A stretch of 64,000 nt of DNA from Calcarisporiella thermophila CBS 279.70 (taxonomy: Eukaryota > Fungi > Calcarisporiellomycota), in the NCBI RefSeq assembly GCF_041956535.1, contig NW_027192195.1, positions 86,370 to 150,369 on the forward strand. The letters run 5' to 3'. The position numbers and the translations under genes were made by a program. Under the pieces are notes generated by a model that was given only the letters and a program-made list of their open reading frames with translations, had not been told where the DNA came from and made no database searches. How positions within the stretch are numbered: the stretch's first letter is position 1; every line of letters starts with the position of its first letter. Below, piece after piece: positions 1-11,634 of the stretch.

Positions 1-566
1 GCTTACTCGCGCCCGCATCGATTGGTGCAGATATTGCGGCACGACGGAGGGAGTGAACTGGCGCCCCGGGCCATGGGGCAAGCGAACTCTCTGCAACAAG
101 CACGGGTGTGATTATAAAGGCTACGGCTTCGTATGCAAACTGCCGCGCCTGGATTTGACCTCCTTTTTGCATGAAGCCGTTACCGACCGGGACCGGCCAG
201 TTTTGCAGCTCTTCTGCTGCGTTTGCCAGAAACGCGAGTCCACCCGCGGAAATGTGCTGGTCAGATGCGAGGGGTGCCCTAAGGCGTACCACCAGCAGTG
301 CTATCCGGGCGGGATTGCGGATCCCGTTGTGGCCGCAGAAGGGCCGTGGCACTGCGAGGCCGGGTGCAGCGAGAATCTGAAGCGAAAGCGCATTGGTATG
401 TACCTGGTGTTGTTTTCTTTTCCACCTGCCCCCCTCCCGTTGTTAACCTCTGCGCCCCTCTCCTTGTCTAGTGGTCGAGCTGCCAAGACGCCGCCTTCCG
501 CTTATGTCCTCGCCAAAGGCTTCCGCCATTCCCCCAGCCTCGCGCCGCCGTTCCCTCAAAAACTAG
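1..566 (+). CDS. GATA-type zinc finger + PHD finger protein (3' part; gene starts before the window)
   Basis: Frame 2 reads WCRYCGTTEGVNWRPGPWGKRTLCNKHGC (GATA-like C-x2-C-x18-C). It continues into CCVC...LVRCEGCPKAYHQQC...WHCEAGC (PHD C4HC3). Intron 396-471 (GTATGT..TAG), then last exon VVELPRRRLPLMSSPK...KN*. Confidence 0.85.
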
Positions 567-1500
567 TCGGACTGTGGCGCGGGAGGCTGAGAGGATGAGA
601 TTGAGACGCTTTTCAAATCATTTTGTATTATCTGGTCTACTCAACTTCGCTTCGACCTTGTTGTATATACATTTACGTAAATAAACATAATCTAATTTAG
701 AGCAGGACTCTCCCACCCCTCCCTGTTTAAGAACTCTGGTTGACACTAGAATAATACGCCTTACATAAAAAAAGCCACCTCACTTCAGCATCTTGCAGCG
801 GAAATCCGCCAAAGGCGCTGCATTGCCGCGCGAGAAAAGTTAACGAAAGAAAAAAAGATAGGAAGCAGAAAAAGAAGGAGCCTTCGGCATCTAGTTCGTC
901 TTTGGTTTTTTTTGGGGAAGGAGGAGGGGAGGAGGCCGAGAGAGGAGGGGGTCAGAATGAGGCTAGTCGAAAAGAGTTTTCCTCCCAAAAGGTTAAACTT
1001 TGCGCACGGTCCACGCATTCCGCTGAGGGATATATATACATATACCTCCGGGTTCCCAAATACAGTCTCCAAGGCCTTGGCTACTCTCGATCGAAAGAAC
1101 TTAGTAGCAAATTAGTCTATTTTAGCTCCGGGACAGCTCTAAAACTAGTTTTTTTCTCTCTCCATTGCCGCTGCTTCCAATTGAACAGTTCCCGGGATTT
1201 TCTTCCCTGGGATTTGATGTTGTCACAGGGCAGGGGAAAAGCATGATACCGAGTCTCTAACTCTAAAGCCTATGCTTGTTACTCATATTATCCAAGCATC
1301 GCATCAGGGAACATAGCTATCCTCGCATAACTTTAAAGCGGGGGTTGGCCTTGACGGACGCTACAACGCTTTAGCTCTTCTTTCCGTCTCCCACTCGTTG
1401 AGCGTGCGCCTGCCTCCTTCTGCTACGCCCTCGTCTTTTTTATTCTCTTGGTTCCTATTCTTTGGCCTTTCTCGGGTTCAGTAGCCAACTTCATTGGGGT

Positions 1501-2130
1501 ATGACGAGGTACAATTCCACCGTTGGATTGTGTTCGGGATCCCTTGCCAATTAACTCCCCCCCCCCATCCATACTAGCTACTCCATTGTGTTTGCCCAGC
1601 AGCCAACTCATGGGTATGCCATTCATAGCAATGACTCGGCCGCAAGGACTAAGCGCCTGACCCCCCCGCTCATTGTGCAATGCTTCCAATACGATGAGTA
1701 TACCCAGACCTATTCCGAGTAATAAGTCACTTTTGCTTTTCTTTATTCTGTCCTCCCCCCCTTTTCCCAGGAGGCCTCTATCATTGACTCACTTCCCCTC
1801 TCCCAATCCAGTATTCCCGAATCCACCAGTGCCGTACTGGTCGCTTATGTGCACCTATACACGGGCGACGGAGTCCATCGCTACGAGCAGGTCCCCATCG
1901 AAGGCATCTATCAGAACCTACTGGCGGGGAATCTGGTCGCAAACGCCGTCAAGCATCGCGATGGGTACAATCGAATAGGCGTGTATTTCTCGTTTCCTGA
2001 CCTCAGCGTTAGGCTTAGCGGAACTTATAGATTAGCTGTGTACGTGCACCATATGGGGTTAGCGTCGGGTCAGGGGTGGGCAGCTGCGGTCGCGTCGGGA
2101 TTGACGGGCCCTTTTGAGGTGTATGAATAA
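1501..2130 (+). CDS. Velvet-domain protein, minimal (about 155 aa)
   Basis: Exons 1501-1508, 1578-1718 and 1812-2130 join in frame (468 nt). Motifs YSIVFAQQP, KRLTPPLIVQ, NLLAGNLVANA, GVYFSFPDLSVRLSGTYRL and TGPFEVY match the velvet consensus (YxLxVRQQP, RPIDPPPIVQ, FxFxDLSVRxEGxFRL, SxPFxVY). Confidence 0.85.
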
Positions 2131-3447
2131 ATTTCTCGGTGTTCCCTTTTAGGTCAGCACGGATGGCCAAGAGGAGTGAAGGCTAAGGAGAGAAAGAGAG
2201 TGCGTGAGAGAGAGAGAGAGACAAGAAAAAAGGAAAGGGAAAAAATTTTTGTTAAAAAGTCTTGCTCCATATATCCAGCATGATTTGCCCCCCTCCCCAT
2301 ATAGCATCCAAAAGAACGATATATCTATTTTCCTCTATGCCATATACTTGCATCCTCGCGGACATTTGTTCAAGGATTTCTTTTTTGTTTATTTACTCGT
2401 TGGAGTGTTGACCCAACCATACCTGCAGACGCTTGTTTGCTATTATCCAATACACTTAGTATGTGCCCGTGTCATTTTTAAAAGTCCATCCTTGTGTTTC
2501 CATTTATTTTTCTCTTTGATGCTTATTTTCTATGCCCCGTCTGCAAACAGGAAGCGCAGAGCCCTCCGCCTCCCCCTCTTTTCGGCCGCTTATGATGAGA
2601 GAAATTATGTGTCCCGATCTCTCTGCAAAGCGTGCTGGATTGCTTGGCTTGTTGTATAGATCCTCTCTGCTTCTTTTAAGAATGACCTAGGCCGTGGGTT
2701 GTGTTCAACCAATTTATCAGGTTACCATCCGAACGCGTTTATGACTTGGGGGTGGGGAGCCTACCGTGGAATTTCATGGGAAAGTAGGTAAAATTGAAAA
2801 GCGAGAGGAGCCGAAAATTAAGGTAGATCTTCAGCAATTTCCATCCCCCCTAAGTGGTGCCGAGGGGAAATTTTCTCGGAGCGGTGAGAAAATGCGGGAG
2901 GAGAAGTGTTCTGTGACTGAATAAAAGACCGGGCGTAAATGATCTCTAAGGCTTATACTAAAGGACTAAAGGGACACAAGATAAATCATCACAATTGGAG
3001 GGCGTCACAGCACTATCCTTGAAGAACCTCTTACACTGGATGCTTAAAGCATAATATTTCAAAACCACTCGACCGCTTTCGCTCTCGAAGCTTTACCGGG
3101 TAGCATCACACGCTTTTGTGGAAGTTGGTCTGTGGTCTGCTCTCAAATTCACCCGATTCAGTATATTGGTGCCTGACCAATCGCCGGAGGGCACGGGAGG
3201 GTCGAAATCTTTATGCTGTCTCCAGCATAAAGGATATAAAGATGCTGCTTGGTATACTTTTCTTTATCACGCTGTCTCTTGTTCCCTCCCTTCAATCCTC
3301 CTCTTACCCCCCTTCCATACCACACTTCCCTTGCCGGTCAAGGTTTTTTTTCACGCTTTTGCGCGCATTCCATCACCTATCTTCCCCATCCTCATTGCAT
3401 CCCATATATATCTCCTTTGGCTAAGCTCTTCTTACCCTTTATTTACG

Positions 3448-4574
3448 ATGACGATCTCGAAAACCACTTTTTTCTTGGCCGCTCTTCTGCTTTCGGCAGC
3501 TCCCTCCGCGTTCGGGCACATGGAAATGCAGTTTCCCGCCCCACGTCGCTCCAAATTTTCTTCCTTCTACAAGAGTAAAGGCCAGGTGGACTTTGATTTG
3601 ACCTCCCCATTGAATGGAAACCAGTTCCCCTGTAAGCGATACGGGGAGGGTCCTGCGGAGAACACGTTCCGTGCCGGCCAAACGGTGCCCGTGTCTATCG
3701 TGGGTGGGGCGCCGCACAACGGAGGGCATTGTCAGTTTGCCCTAAGCTATGACAACGCGAAAACATTTGTAGTGATTCAGGACGAGATGGAGACGTGTCC
3801 CCTAGAGCGCAAATATAACGTCAAGATTCCCGAAGAGGCTCCTTCTGGCAAGGTAGAGATTGAATTTCCAAAAGAGAGAAACTCGGCCTTGACCTTTTGT
3901 ACTTCCCTTTTCGTTAGGCCATTTTCGCCTGGTCATGGGTCAACGCCGTTGGTAATCGCGAGTATTACATGAACTGCGCCGACGTGAATATCCAAGGGCG
4001 CCAGGGGGGTAAGCTCACGGGCAAGGAGATGTTGGTGGTGAATCTCCCTGGAAGACCCACTATCCCCGAGTTTATGGGGAACCGAAACACCGGCAAAGAG
4101 CTGTTCGCCAAACGCAAGACCATCACCGTTAGCGGAAACGGGCGAGTGGAGAAGGGTGGGGACGCGGCCGAAACACCCAGCCAGGAGCAGGAAAAGTCGC
4201 AGAAACCGGAGGGACCGCAGGGCGGAAAAAATCCTCAAAGACCTACCAATCCCCAGAGGCCAACCAACCCCCCAAGGCCTGCTAATCCCCAGCGGCCCTC
4301 GAACTCCCAGAAACCGGCCAATCCTCAAGGGGGTGCTCGGCCCAACAAACCGAACAGGCCCGCCTCTCCTAATGCCGCGTCCCAATTCACGGCCGCTGGA
4401 GCGCCTTGTCAACGCGAAGGTGAGATTCGATGTGTGAGAAACAACGTGACTCGAGAAATGATGGTGTGCCGTCGCCGCCGGTTTGTGCGACAGATGTGCC
4501 CAAGGGATTTGGTGTGCCGCGATGCTGGTGCAGCGCTGGGTGGGCAATCTTGTGGCCCTCGCCTTCCCCAGTAG
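3448..4574 (+). CDS. Secreted AA11-type lytic polysaccharide monooxygenase with Pro/Asn/Gln linker and C-terminal Cys-rich module
   Basis: Signal peptide ends SAFG, followed by His1 (HMEMQFPAP). [13 protein letters not shown] is present. After intron 3853-3917 comes [23 protein letters not shown]. The C-terminal module has 6 Cys. The spliced product is 353 aa. Confidence 0.85.
4230..4328 (+). repeat. Coding 18-nt degenerate tandem repeat (NPQRPT-like, about 5.5 copies) in the LPMO linker
   Basis: Translation [33 protein letters not shown]. Confidence 0.8.
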
Positions 4575-6903
4575 TTCGAAAGGTGTGGGTTAGTGCCGGT
4601 CTCGACCACCTCTTTCCTCTTGAGCGAGCATAAGTTTTATCAATCCTATTTTTGCTATTTTCTTTGTAAAATGGACCTTATTCTTTCTACTATTTCTGGC
4701 AATATACCTTGAAATATAATATCAACATCAAAGTTAAAGTGTTTGGACCATTCGTCCCGAAAACAACTAAGGGGGAAGCGAAATGGTAGAGGTTCTGAAG
4801 ACAGGCAATCGGGTATTTCCAAAAGAATACATTCCATGTCTAGTAGGGTACACAAACGGCTCTTACACTGATTAGTGGCCCATTCTATTCATCCATGACT
4901 CCGGTAATAAAAAGAAATAAAGCCCCTTCCCTTTTCTCCGAGCATAGGAGAGGCGCACTTGGTTCCATCGACTCGATAATCAAGGTGTATCCGTCCATTG
5001 GGGAGATAATCTTTTGGCGACATCACGGGGTCAAGATAACGACCCAACCCTCTATGAGTAACTTGGCAAAAACTCTACACCAAATTCAAAATCGAAATAA
5101 TTTAGCCGGAGAGGCCGAGGAGAGTTAGGAATGGAGACAGTTTACAGCCACTGGCGGTGATAGAAGAATTCCGGTTGAGTACCAGATTCCCCAATTTTCC
5201 CAGCTCTCCGACCGAATATTGGGTGGGCGGTAGCATCAGGTGGAGCATGGTTATTGCCGGGCGATCCTCTGTCATGCTTGCGGCAAATGGTAAACCGATC
5301 TCGAGCTGGGCTTGAGAGAGTTGGGAGAGGGGGAAACAATATTCCTTGTTCTTAGAATTGAAAGGAAGCCTGCCGGGGAGGGAGGAGTTCGAAGTGCCAC
5401 ACTTCAACGGAGGTCTACCTCACAAAAAGTAGGCTTAACATGTACAGAGGGCCGTTTTCAAGCCGGTTAGTTGAAAATTAAATTTTGACCTCTTGAATAC
5501 AATGTACATTATGCCCTAGCAGGGTGGGGTCCGATTGAGTTGGCCCAGGAGCTTAATCTAGTTCTACAAACCATCACTGGGGCGATAAGAGATTTCAAAC
5601 CTTCACTTATCGACTCTTTAATAATCAGCCTGCTCATGTCATTGTGAATGGAACCATTACTAACGCCTATGCCCCGTGGCTCGGAGCGGTCTTGAGGTTC
5701 TTTTCTACCACCTTTTTTTTCTTTCCTCTCTTTCATCCGCAAATGGTTAGGTTAGAGAAAAGCCTCAATTTTACAAAAGGAGAATGCGACTTTCCACTCA
5801 GACCCACAAAAAGGTCCGCCTTTCTCCCCCGCTCGAAAATCTATGGTAGCGGGGATTGTGCACAAATTGCTAAGAGGGCAGTGGATGAATAATGGGCTCT
5901 GATTCACCGAGACGAAGTTCATAAGAACGAAAAATAATCACAGAGCACAATTGAATCAATTTTCGGGGATAGAAAGCTCGTGACGCTTTCTGTAAAGTAA
6001 TTGTAATAGAGAAACAAACATACATTTCCCTCTTCTCCCCATCCTAAGCCGGCTGCGCAAGGGGGGAATCTTTCCAAGTCCCCCAGGCGCATTCCCATAG
6101 GCTTTCTTAACAAATCCACTGCACGAATAGATTACCCTTATCATGATTGGAAAGAAGGATGGCCCCCTCTCCCCTCCAGCGGTAGGTTCCACGGAACTTC
6201 CGCACTACGTGTGACCAGTTTAGAGTAGGCTTACTATTACCGAGCCCTTTCTACCATGGCCTCACCAATGTGTTAAGTTGAATAGGCGAACTCTAATGCC
6301 CTCACTTTTCGTTCCCTTGCTATATCGCCTCTTAATGAAATCCGCTGTGCTGCATTGCTCGGCTCTGGCCAACGCCTGGCGCTTGGAAGGGATTAAGATG
6401 GCCGCTTCTAAAATCAAAACAGCTCCGTGCTTAGCCGACCGGCGTGCGAGAGCGAGTAGTCGAACCGATTTCGCTGAATCTCGGCCCTCCCTTGAAGCCC
6501 GCGCAGAGCTACTTATTGGGGCGGACCGAAAAGGAAGCCGGAATGTGACTCTGAAGTGTGGAGTGGGTCGCACAGTGTGAAGAGAGTTCACGTTTTTTTT
6601 TATGTTTTCCGGAGTTGAAATCTTCTTTGTATTTCATTTCTTCATACGGATATACGTCGAGTCCGCTTGCCCGAAAGTGGTGTTCCTTCAACATTTTGTG
6701 CTTGGAAATGCTACAGCTATAAATAATCCCACCTCTTTACTTCCGGCCTGCTTGTTCTTTTTTTTTTGGACCTGAACCTTCTGCGAGCACTGCTCCCTTT
6801 ATTTTTATCCTTCTTTTTATCATTTGACACCTGCTTGAAAGTCCCAAGTCAAGGTTGTCATCTATCTCTTATTGCCTTAAGCTTGAGCTAAACTATCCTC
6901 ACC

Positions 6904-8414
6904 ATGGGTATTGCGTAAGTGCCTCTCTTCCTCAAGCCGTTTTCTCTTTAATATGCTGATGGGGATCTGCGCCCGCTTTTTGTAGTGAAACCCTCGAAGG
7001 GTCCGCTATCTTCCGCTGGTACCGTCAGCCCATTGTCCAGGTGTCGCTGCTCGGATTCATTTTCTTCTGCTGCCCTGGTCTGTTTAATGCGATCAACGGT
7101 ATGGGTGCGGGCGGTCTGCTTGATGAGAACAAAGCTGTGGTCTCCAACATGAATGCTGTGTTAAATGCTCTTTTTGCTATTGTTGGTTTTATGGCTGGTG
7201 GTATTAACAACGTGGTTGGCCCTCGCTTGACCATCTTCTTCTCCGGCTGGGGCTATGTCATCTATATTGCTGCTCTCTACAGCTATCAGATTCACTTTAG
7301 CAGTGGCTTCAATATTGCAGCTGGCGCGATTCTCGGTATCTGCGCTGGATGTATCTGGGCTGCTCAAGGTGCACTCATGATGTCCTACCCCACCGAGCAG
7401 ACGAAGGGCCGATATATTTCCGTGTTCTGGTCCATCTTCAACTGGGGTGGTGTGATCGGCTCGTTTGTGGCTTTCGGCATCAACTATAACGCTCAAAGGG
7501 GAGGCTCGGTGACATCCTCAACCTATGTCACCTTTATGATTCTCATGGGCATTGGTACTTGCTGTGCACTGCTCTTTGTTCCTCCGAATCTTGTGCGTCG
7601 TGCTGATGGATCTCCAGCCGTTGTGATTAAGTACCCGAACTGGAAGAACGAGGCGATCGAAATCTTCAAGCTTGTCGCCAACAAACAACTCATGCTCCTT
7701 TTCCCAATGTTCTGGTTCTCGAACTGGTTCTATGCCTATCAATTCTCTACCAACGGCACTTTCTTCAACGTCCGCACGCGCGCACTCAACTCTGCCCTTT
7801 ACTGGATGGCCCAGATTGTCGGCTCCATCATCTTCGGTCTCTTCCTCGACACCAATCGTTTCAATCGCCGCACACGCGCCTTTTTGGGCTTGGCCATTGT
7901 TATTGTTTCCTTTGTGGCCATCTTTGCCGGTGGAACTGCTTGGCAAGCAACATTCGATAGAAAGACTTTTACTGACAACACAAGAATTGATTTCATGGAT
8001 AGTGGTCGTTCTGCTGGCCCTATCATCTGCTACCTGCTCTACGGTCTTTGCGACGCTCTCTACCAAGTGTACTGCTACTGGCTTATGGGTGCCCTTACCA
8101 ACGACCCGCTTAAGCTTTCTCGCTACGCCGGTTTTTACAAGGGTGTCCAGTCCGCTGGCGCTGCTGCTGCATGGGCCGTAAACGCCGCCCCCAATTTGTC
8201 GATGATGCACGAACTTGCCATCAACTGGGCCTTGCTTGCTCTCTCTATCCCTGGTGCTCTACTTGTGTGCCGTGGCGTTACGGATACTAATATTGGTCAC
8301 GAAGAGTACAATCTTGAGGCTGAGAAGGACAAGCAGCTTGAGGCTTACCCCGAAGACAAAATCGAGTTGCCCGCCGAAGCCGCCGCGGAGACCACCGACA
8401 AGCCCAGCCATTAA
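6904..8414 (+). CDS. UNC-93-like MFS membrane protein (DUF895 family)
   Basis: Exon 1 is 6904-6914, intron 6915-6985. Motifs FCCPGLFNAINGMGAGG, WAAQGALMMSYPTEQTKGRYISVFWSIFN and YAGFYKGVQSAG are present, with about 12 TM segments (479 aa). Confidence 0.9.
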
Positions 8415-9125
8415 ACTTGTTCACGTCTATTGCTCTAAACTAAGAGAAGACGCGAATCGATTCTCCATGGACTACTTTTATTACTATACCTTTTTGTTTT
8501 TTTTCGAAGATTTATCCTCTTAATGTAATCTCTTTATAATTAGTTTATCATTACATCCCCCCCCTTCAAAGTATTTATTCATAAACTTTGTATGTTTTAG
8601 CTTCTACTTTTTATTTCCTTAGGGTTAAAAGCGATTTTTTTATTAATTCTCTCTAATCTCCCCTTCCCAGTGGTGAAATCTGCTGAGACTCTATTCAACC
8701 TAAATAATAATTAATTTGTCGAAGCCTCTTGACGTTTGACATCGGAAGTGTCTGTGGTGGTCTTAGGCCCTTGAGCATGGGGTCTAGAGCGCAGAAACTG
8801 CGGCATGGAAAAAAAATTATTCGGGGACCTAGCATTGGAGAGGCCCTTTTGTGAAATTTCAGTGTTCTGAGTCGCTGAATTTTCGAGTGTGGCAAATTGC
8901 GCTGGAGCTGTGCATTGAGGTCGGTAATTTTTGGCAGGGGAGGGGGGGAGGAATAGAATTCGACCGCTCGAAAACTTGCCGATCCCATTCGAGCTCGAAG
9001 GAAGGAAAAAAAAAAAGGCTGTTCCCGTACTGATTCGGCTGTTCGCTCGTAAAATCTCTTTTCTCTTTTTTTCTCTCTCAAAATTTCCCCTACTTGGAGC
9101 AATCCAAATCCTCTGCTCTGAAATC

Positions 9126-10393
9126 ATGCCCCAACGTACCAAAAAGCCGATGGGTGCTGCCTCGCAAGGCCAGGCGCCCCTCAAGGTCTCCACCCTGCTC
9201 TCAGCGCTCCAGCACTCCACCCCAGAGTCAATGCTCGAGCAGCTTGGCTTCCCGCGTGGGTCTTCGCGCGTGCACAACCGCGAGGACTTATCGCGACTAT
9301 TATACAGCGCGCTTATCTGCGCCAAACTTCTCGGATCACGCGTGCCCCACAACCAGGCGCTGCGGGCCGCCGATGCGTTTATCCACCACGATTGGCAGAA
9401 AGTGGCGGAGCAGGGACAGCCGGAGGGACAGAGTGAGGGAGAGAAGAAGGCCGGAGGGGAGAACGGGCAGGAGGGCCAGGAGGTAGACGACCCGGAAACC
9501 CGTAAGCGCAAGCGGCAGAACGAGGATCTCCTCCTTACGCCCGAGATTCTGGAACGCACCACCGTCGAACAACGCACTGCCTTCCTACGGGACAACGGGT
9601 TTGCCCGCTATGATGAGTCGGCGGCGCGATTCCTTGGCCAACAGGTGGAGACGATTCTGGGAGAAAACCGGGAAAAGGAGCAAGGTGACCTGAAGGGTGA
9701 TTTTCTGGCGTGGGTGCTGCGGGGATTAGATGCGGGGGCAGACCGGGAGCAAGTTGTGAAGCATCTGCGTGCCCGTGTAGCGAGCTTAAAGGGAATGACA
9801 GAGCATGCTGCCGACGTGTGGTTATGGTAAGAGCTGGAGTGTGCAGGGCATTGCCACAGAGACCGACCTTCTTACTTCTTTCCTCACCCATTAGCATGGC
9901 ACAGGTCTACCTCTCCGAGCCCCTTCTCAACAAGAGTGGGCTTAAGCACAAGCTCGATATCTTCCCGTATATGGACGAGCGTGCCCGTAAAACATTTACG
10001 TCCATGTTCGCCAACGCACAGGAGTCGGAGGACGCTTCTGAGCAGCAAACTCAAGCAGAGGGCGCCGAAGGCAAAAATGAGGGGGTCAAGGGTGACGAAG
10101 AGCGACGCCTGCTTCACTATGTCACCCAGCACATCGCTCCCAGAGAGAACGAAAAGCAGGAGTTAGGAGAGGAGCGAAAGCGATGGGAGTTTGTGCGCGT
10201 CGTTGACGCACTATTGCTCTGTGAGACTGAAAAGAAACGGGCGGAGGTTATGGCCCATGCTCGCGGAGAAAAAGTGGGAGACATGCCAAAGGAAAGCCAA
10301 CCACTGGGAATGGAGCCCGAGGCGAAAAAAGCAAAGGCCGGTAAAGAGAGCACGGAGGCCGTACGGACCGAGGCCCAAGCCGTCGAGGAGTAA
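9126..10393 (+). CDS. HhH-GPD/endonuclease III-superfamily-like uncharacterised protein
   Basis: Two ORFs join through intron 9827-9894 (GTAAGA..TAG) into 399 aa. TPEILERTTVEQRTAFLRDNGFARYDESAARFLG, SLKGMTEHAADVWL and FPYMDERA resemble the recalled TPxxxxxxTWxERxxxLxxxGYARYDE...FKGIGxxGADIFL...PYxDxRA family. RKRKR is a likely NLS. Confidence 0.65.
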
Positions 10394-10920
10394 GGCGGCC
10401 TCGCATGCTTCTCCGCCATCGAGAGAGACGCTATTCTGTACTCGTTATCGAGGCACTTTTCTCTTTTTCTATTTAGTGTATGTTGGCTGTGCATGTTTTA
10501 GTGTTTTAGTTATCTATCTTTCGTAAATAATAATAGCGTATATTTAGGCCTAGTTTTCTAGACATTGGGAGAAAATAAAAATTCTTTGTGTATTAACTCG
10601 CTCTATTTGTGCACAAATAAGAAAGCAACAGGAGAAGAGAAAAAAAGAAGAAAATGGAGAGATTTAATCAGTCGCGTTTAAATTCTCCATCACGGAATTG
10701 TTTTTCCCACTATTGAAAATGAGTAAAAAAAGGTTAGTAGTATGACAGAGGGACTGTGGCAGAAAAGTGAATTACCATCGAGGAAGGAATCCAGCGCTTT
10801 GGTTCATTATGCCTCCACTATTACGAATAAAAAGAGGATTGGCAAACTCCAGATTTAACCATTAAAAAAAAAAACAAATTCACCTCGCGATCCGCTGAAA
10901 ATTTCCAGACTCCGGCGATT

Positions 10921-10946
10921 ATTACAGCCATTCCAATGGCTGTAAT
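10921..10946. repeat. Perfect 12-bp inverted repeat with a 2-nt spacer
   Basis: ATTACAGCCATT-CC-AATGGCTGTAAT. The right arm overlaps a tandem AATGGCTGT duplication. Confidence 0.85.
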
Positions 10947-11634
10947 GGCTGTATTAACTCTCCAGTTCTTGGGCTGTGTCCACCAACCGCCGGCAGGGGA
11001 CCTAAAAGGAGATGAAGTTAATTGAGTAGCTTTAAAGAGATCGTATGGTGTCCTTACCAGACATCTTTGGGATAAGGATAGCGTTGAACTCCACCCTATA
11101 CAATGGAATAAAAAAACGTAAGATAATGTCTCTCTCCTAACTCTCTATAGACAATGCTCACCATTGTTTATAGAAATCGCAATCTTACTGAGGCTCTCCC
11201 TTGATACCCCCCCCCGATAAAATTTCGAAGATTCGAAGGCGCAGTCTCATTGGTGGCTTGGAAAAATAATGCAAATGTATCGACGATTGGATGCAGTTTC
11301 AAGACAATAGGAAGAGAAATCCCTTTTTTTTTGCAGCTCACCTGTAAACGCGCTTTTCATCATTTTCTTTATTACTATTTTTTCTTTTGATAACCCATTG
11401 AATTAGAGCGGAACGAAGCATTTTTGTCCGCTTTGTCTATCTTCTAATTCCTCTTTATCAATTATTGCTCTAGGTAATATTAGTTCACTTCTTCCATTTC
11501 CTGCGTATTTCAGAATTCCTATGAATTTTCATCTTGAAATTCTCATTTAATATTTGTTCTGATAACATTTCAACTCACTTCTCCTTTATTTTCTTAGCTC
11601 AATTAATAGCGCAGGAAATAGCATTTAAGATAAA

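Noticed and set aside
2204-2659. 151-aa hydrophobic ORF after the velvet gene
   Set aside because: It has a non-ATG start and runs through a GA microsatellite and T-rich 3'UTR-like sequence.
4860-6700. Several short overlapping ORFs in the LPMO to UNC-93 gap
   Set aside because: No recognisable domain, no convincing splice chain and no transposase or RT motifs.
7518-8210. 230-aa antisense ORF
   Set aside because: It is a shadow of the UNC-93-like gene caused by codon bias and has no motifs of its own.
9889-9901. ATTAGCATGGC resembling part of U6 snRNA
   Set aside because: It lacks the ACAGAGA box and is explained as an intron acceptor plus coding sequence.
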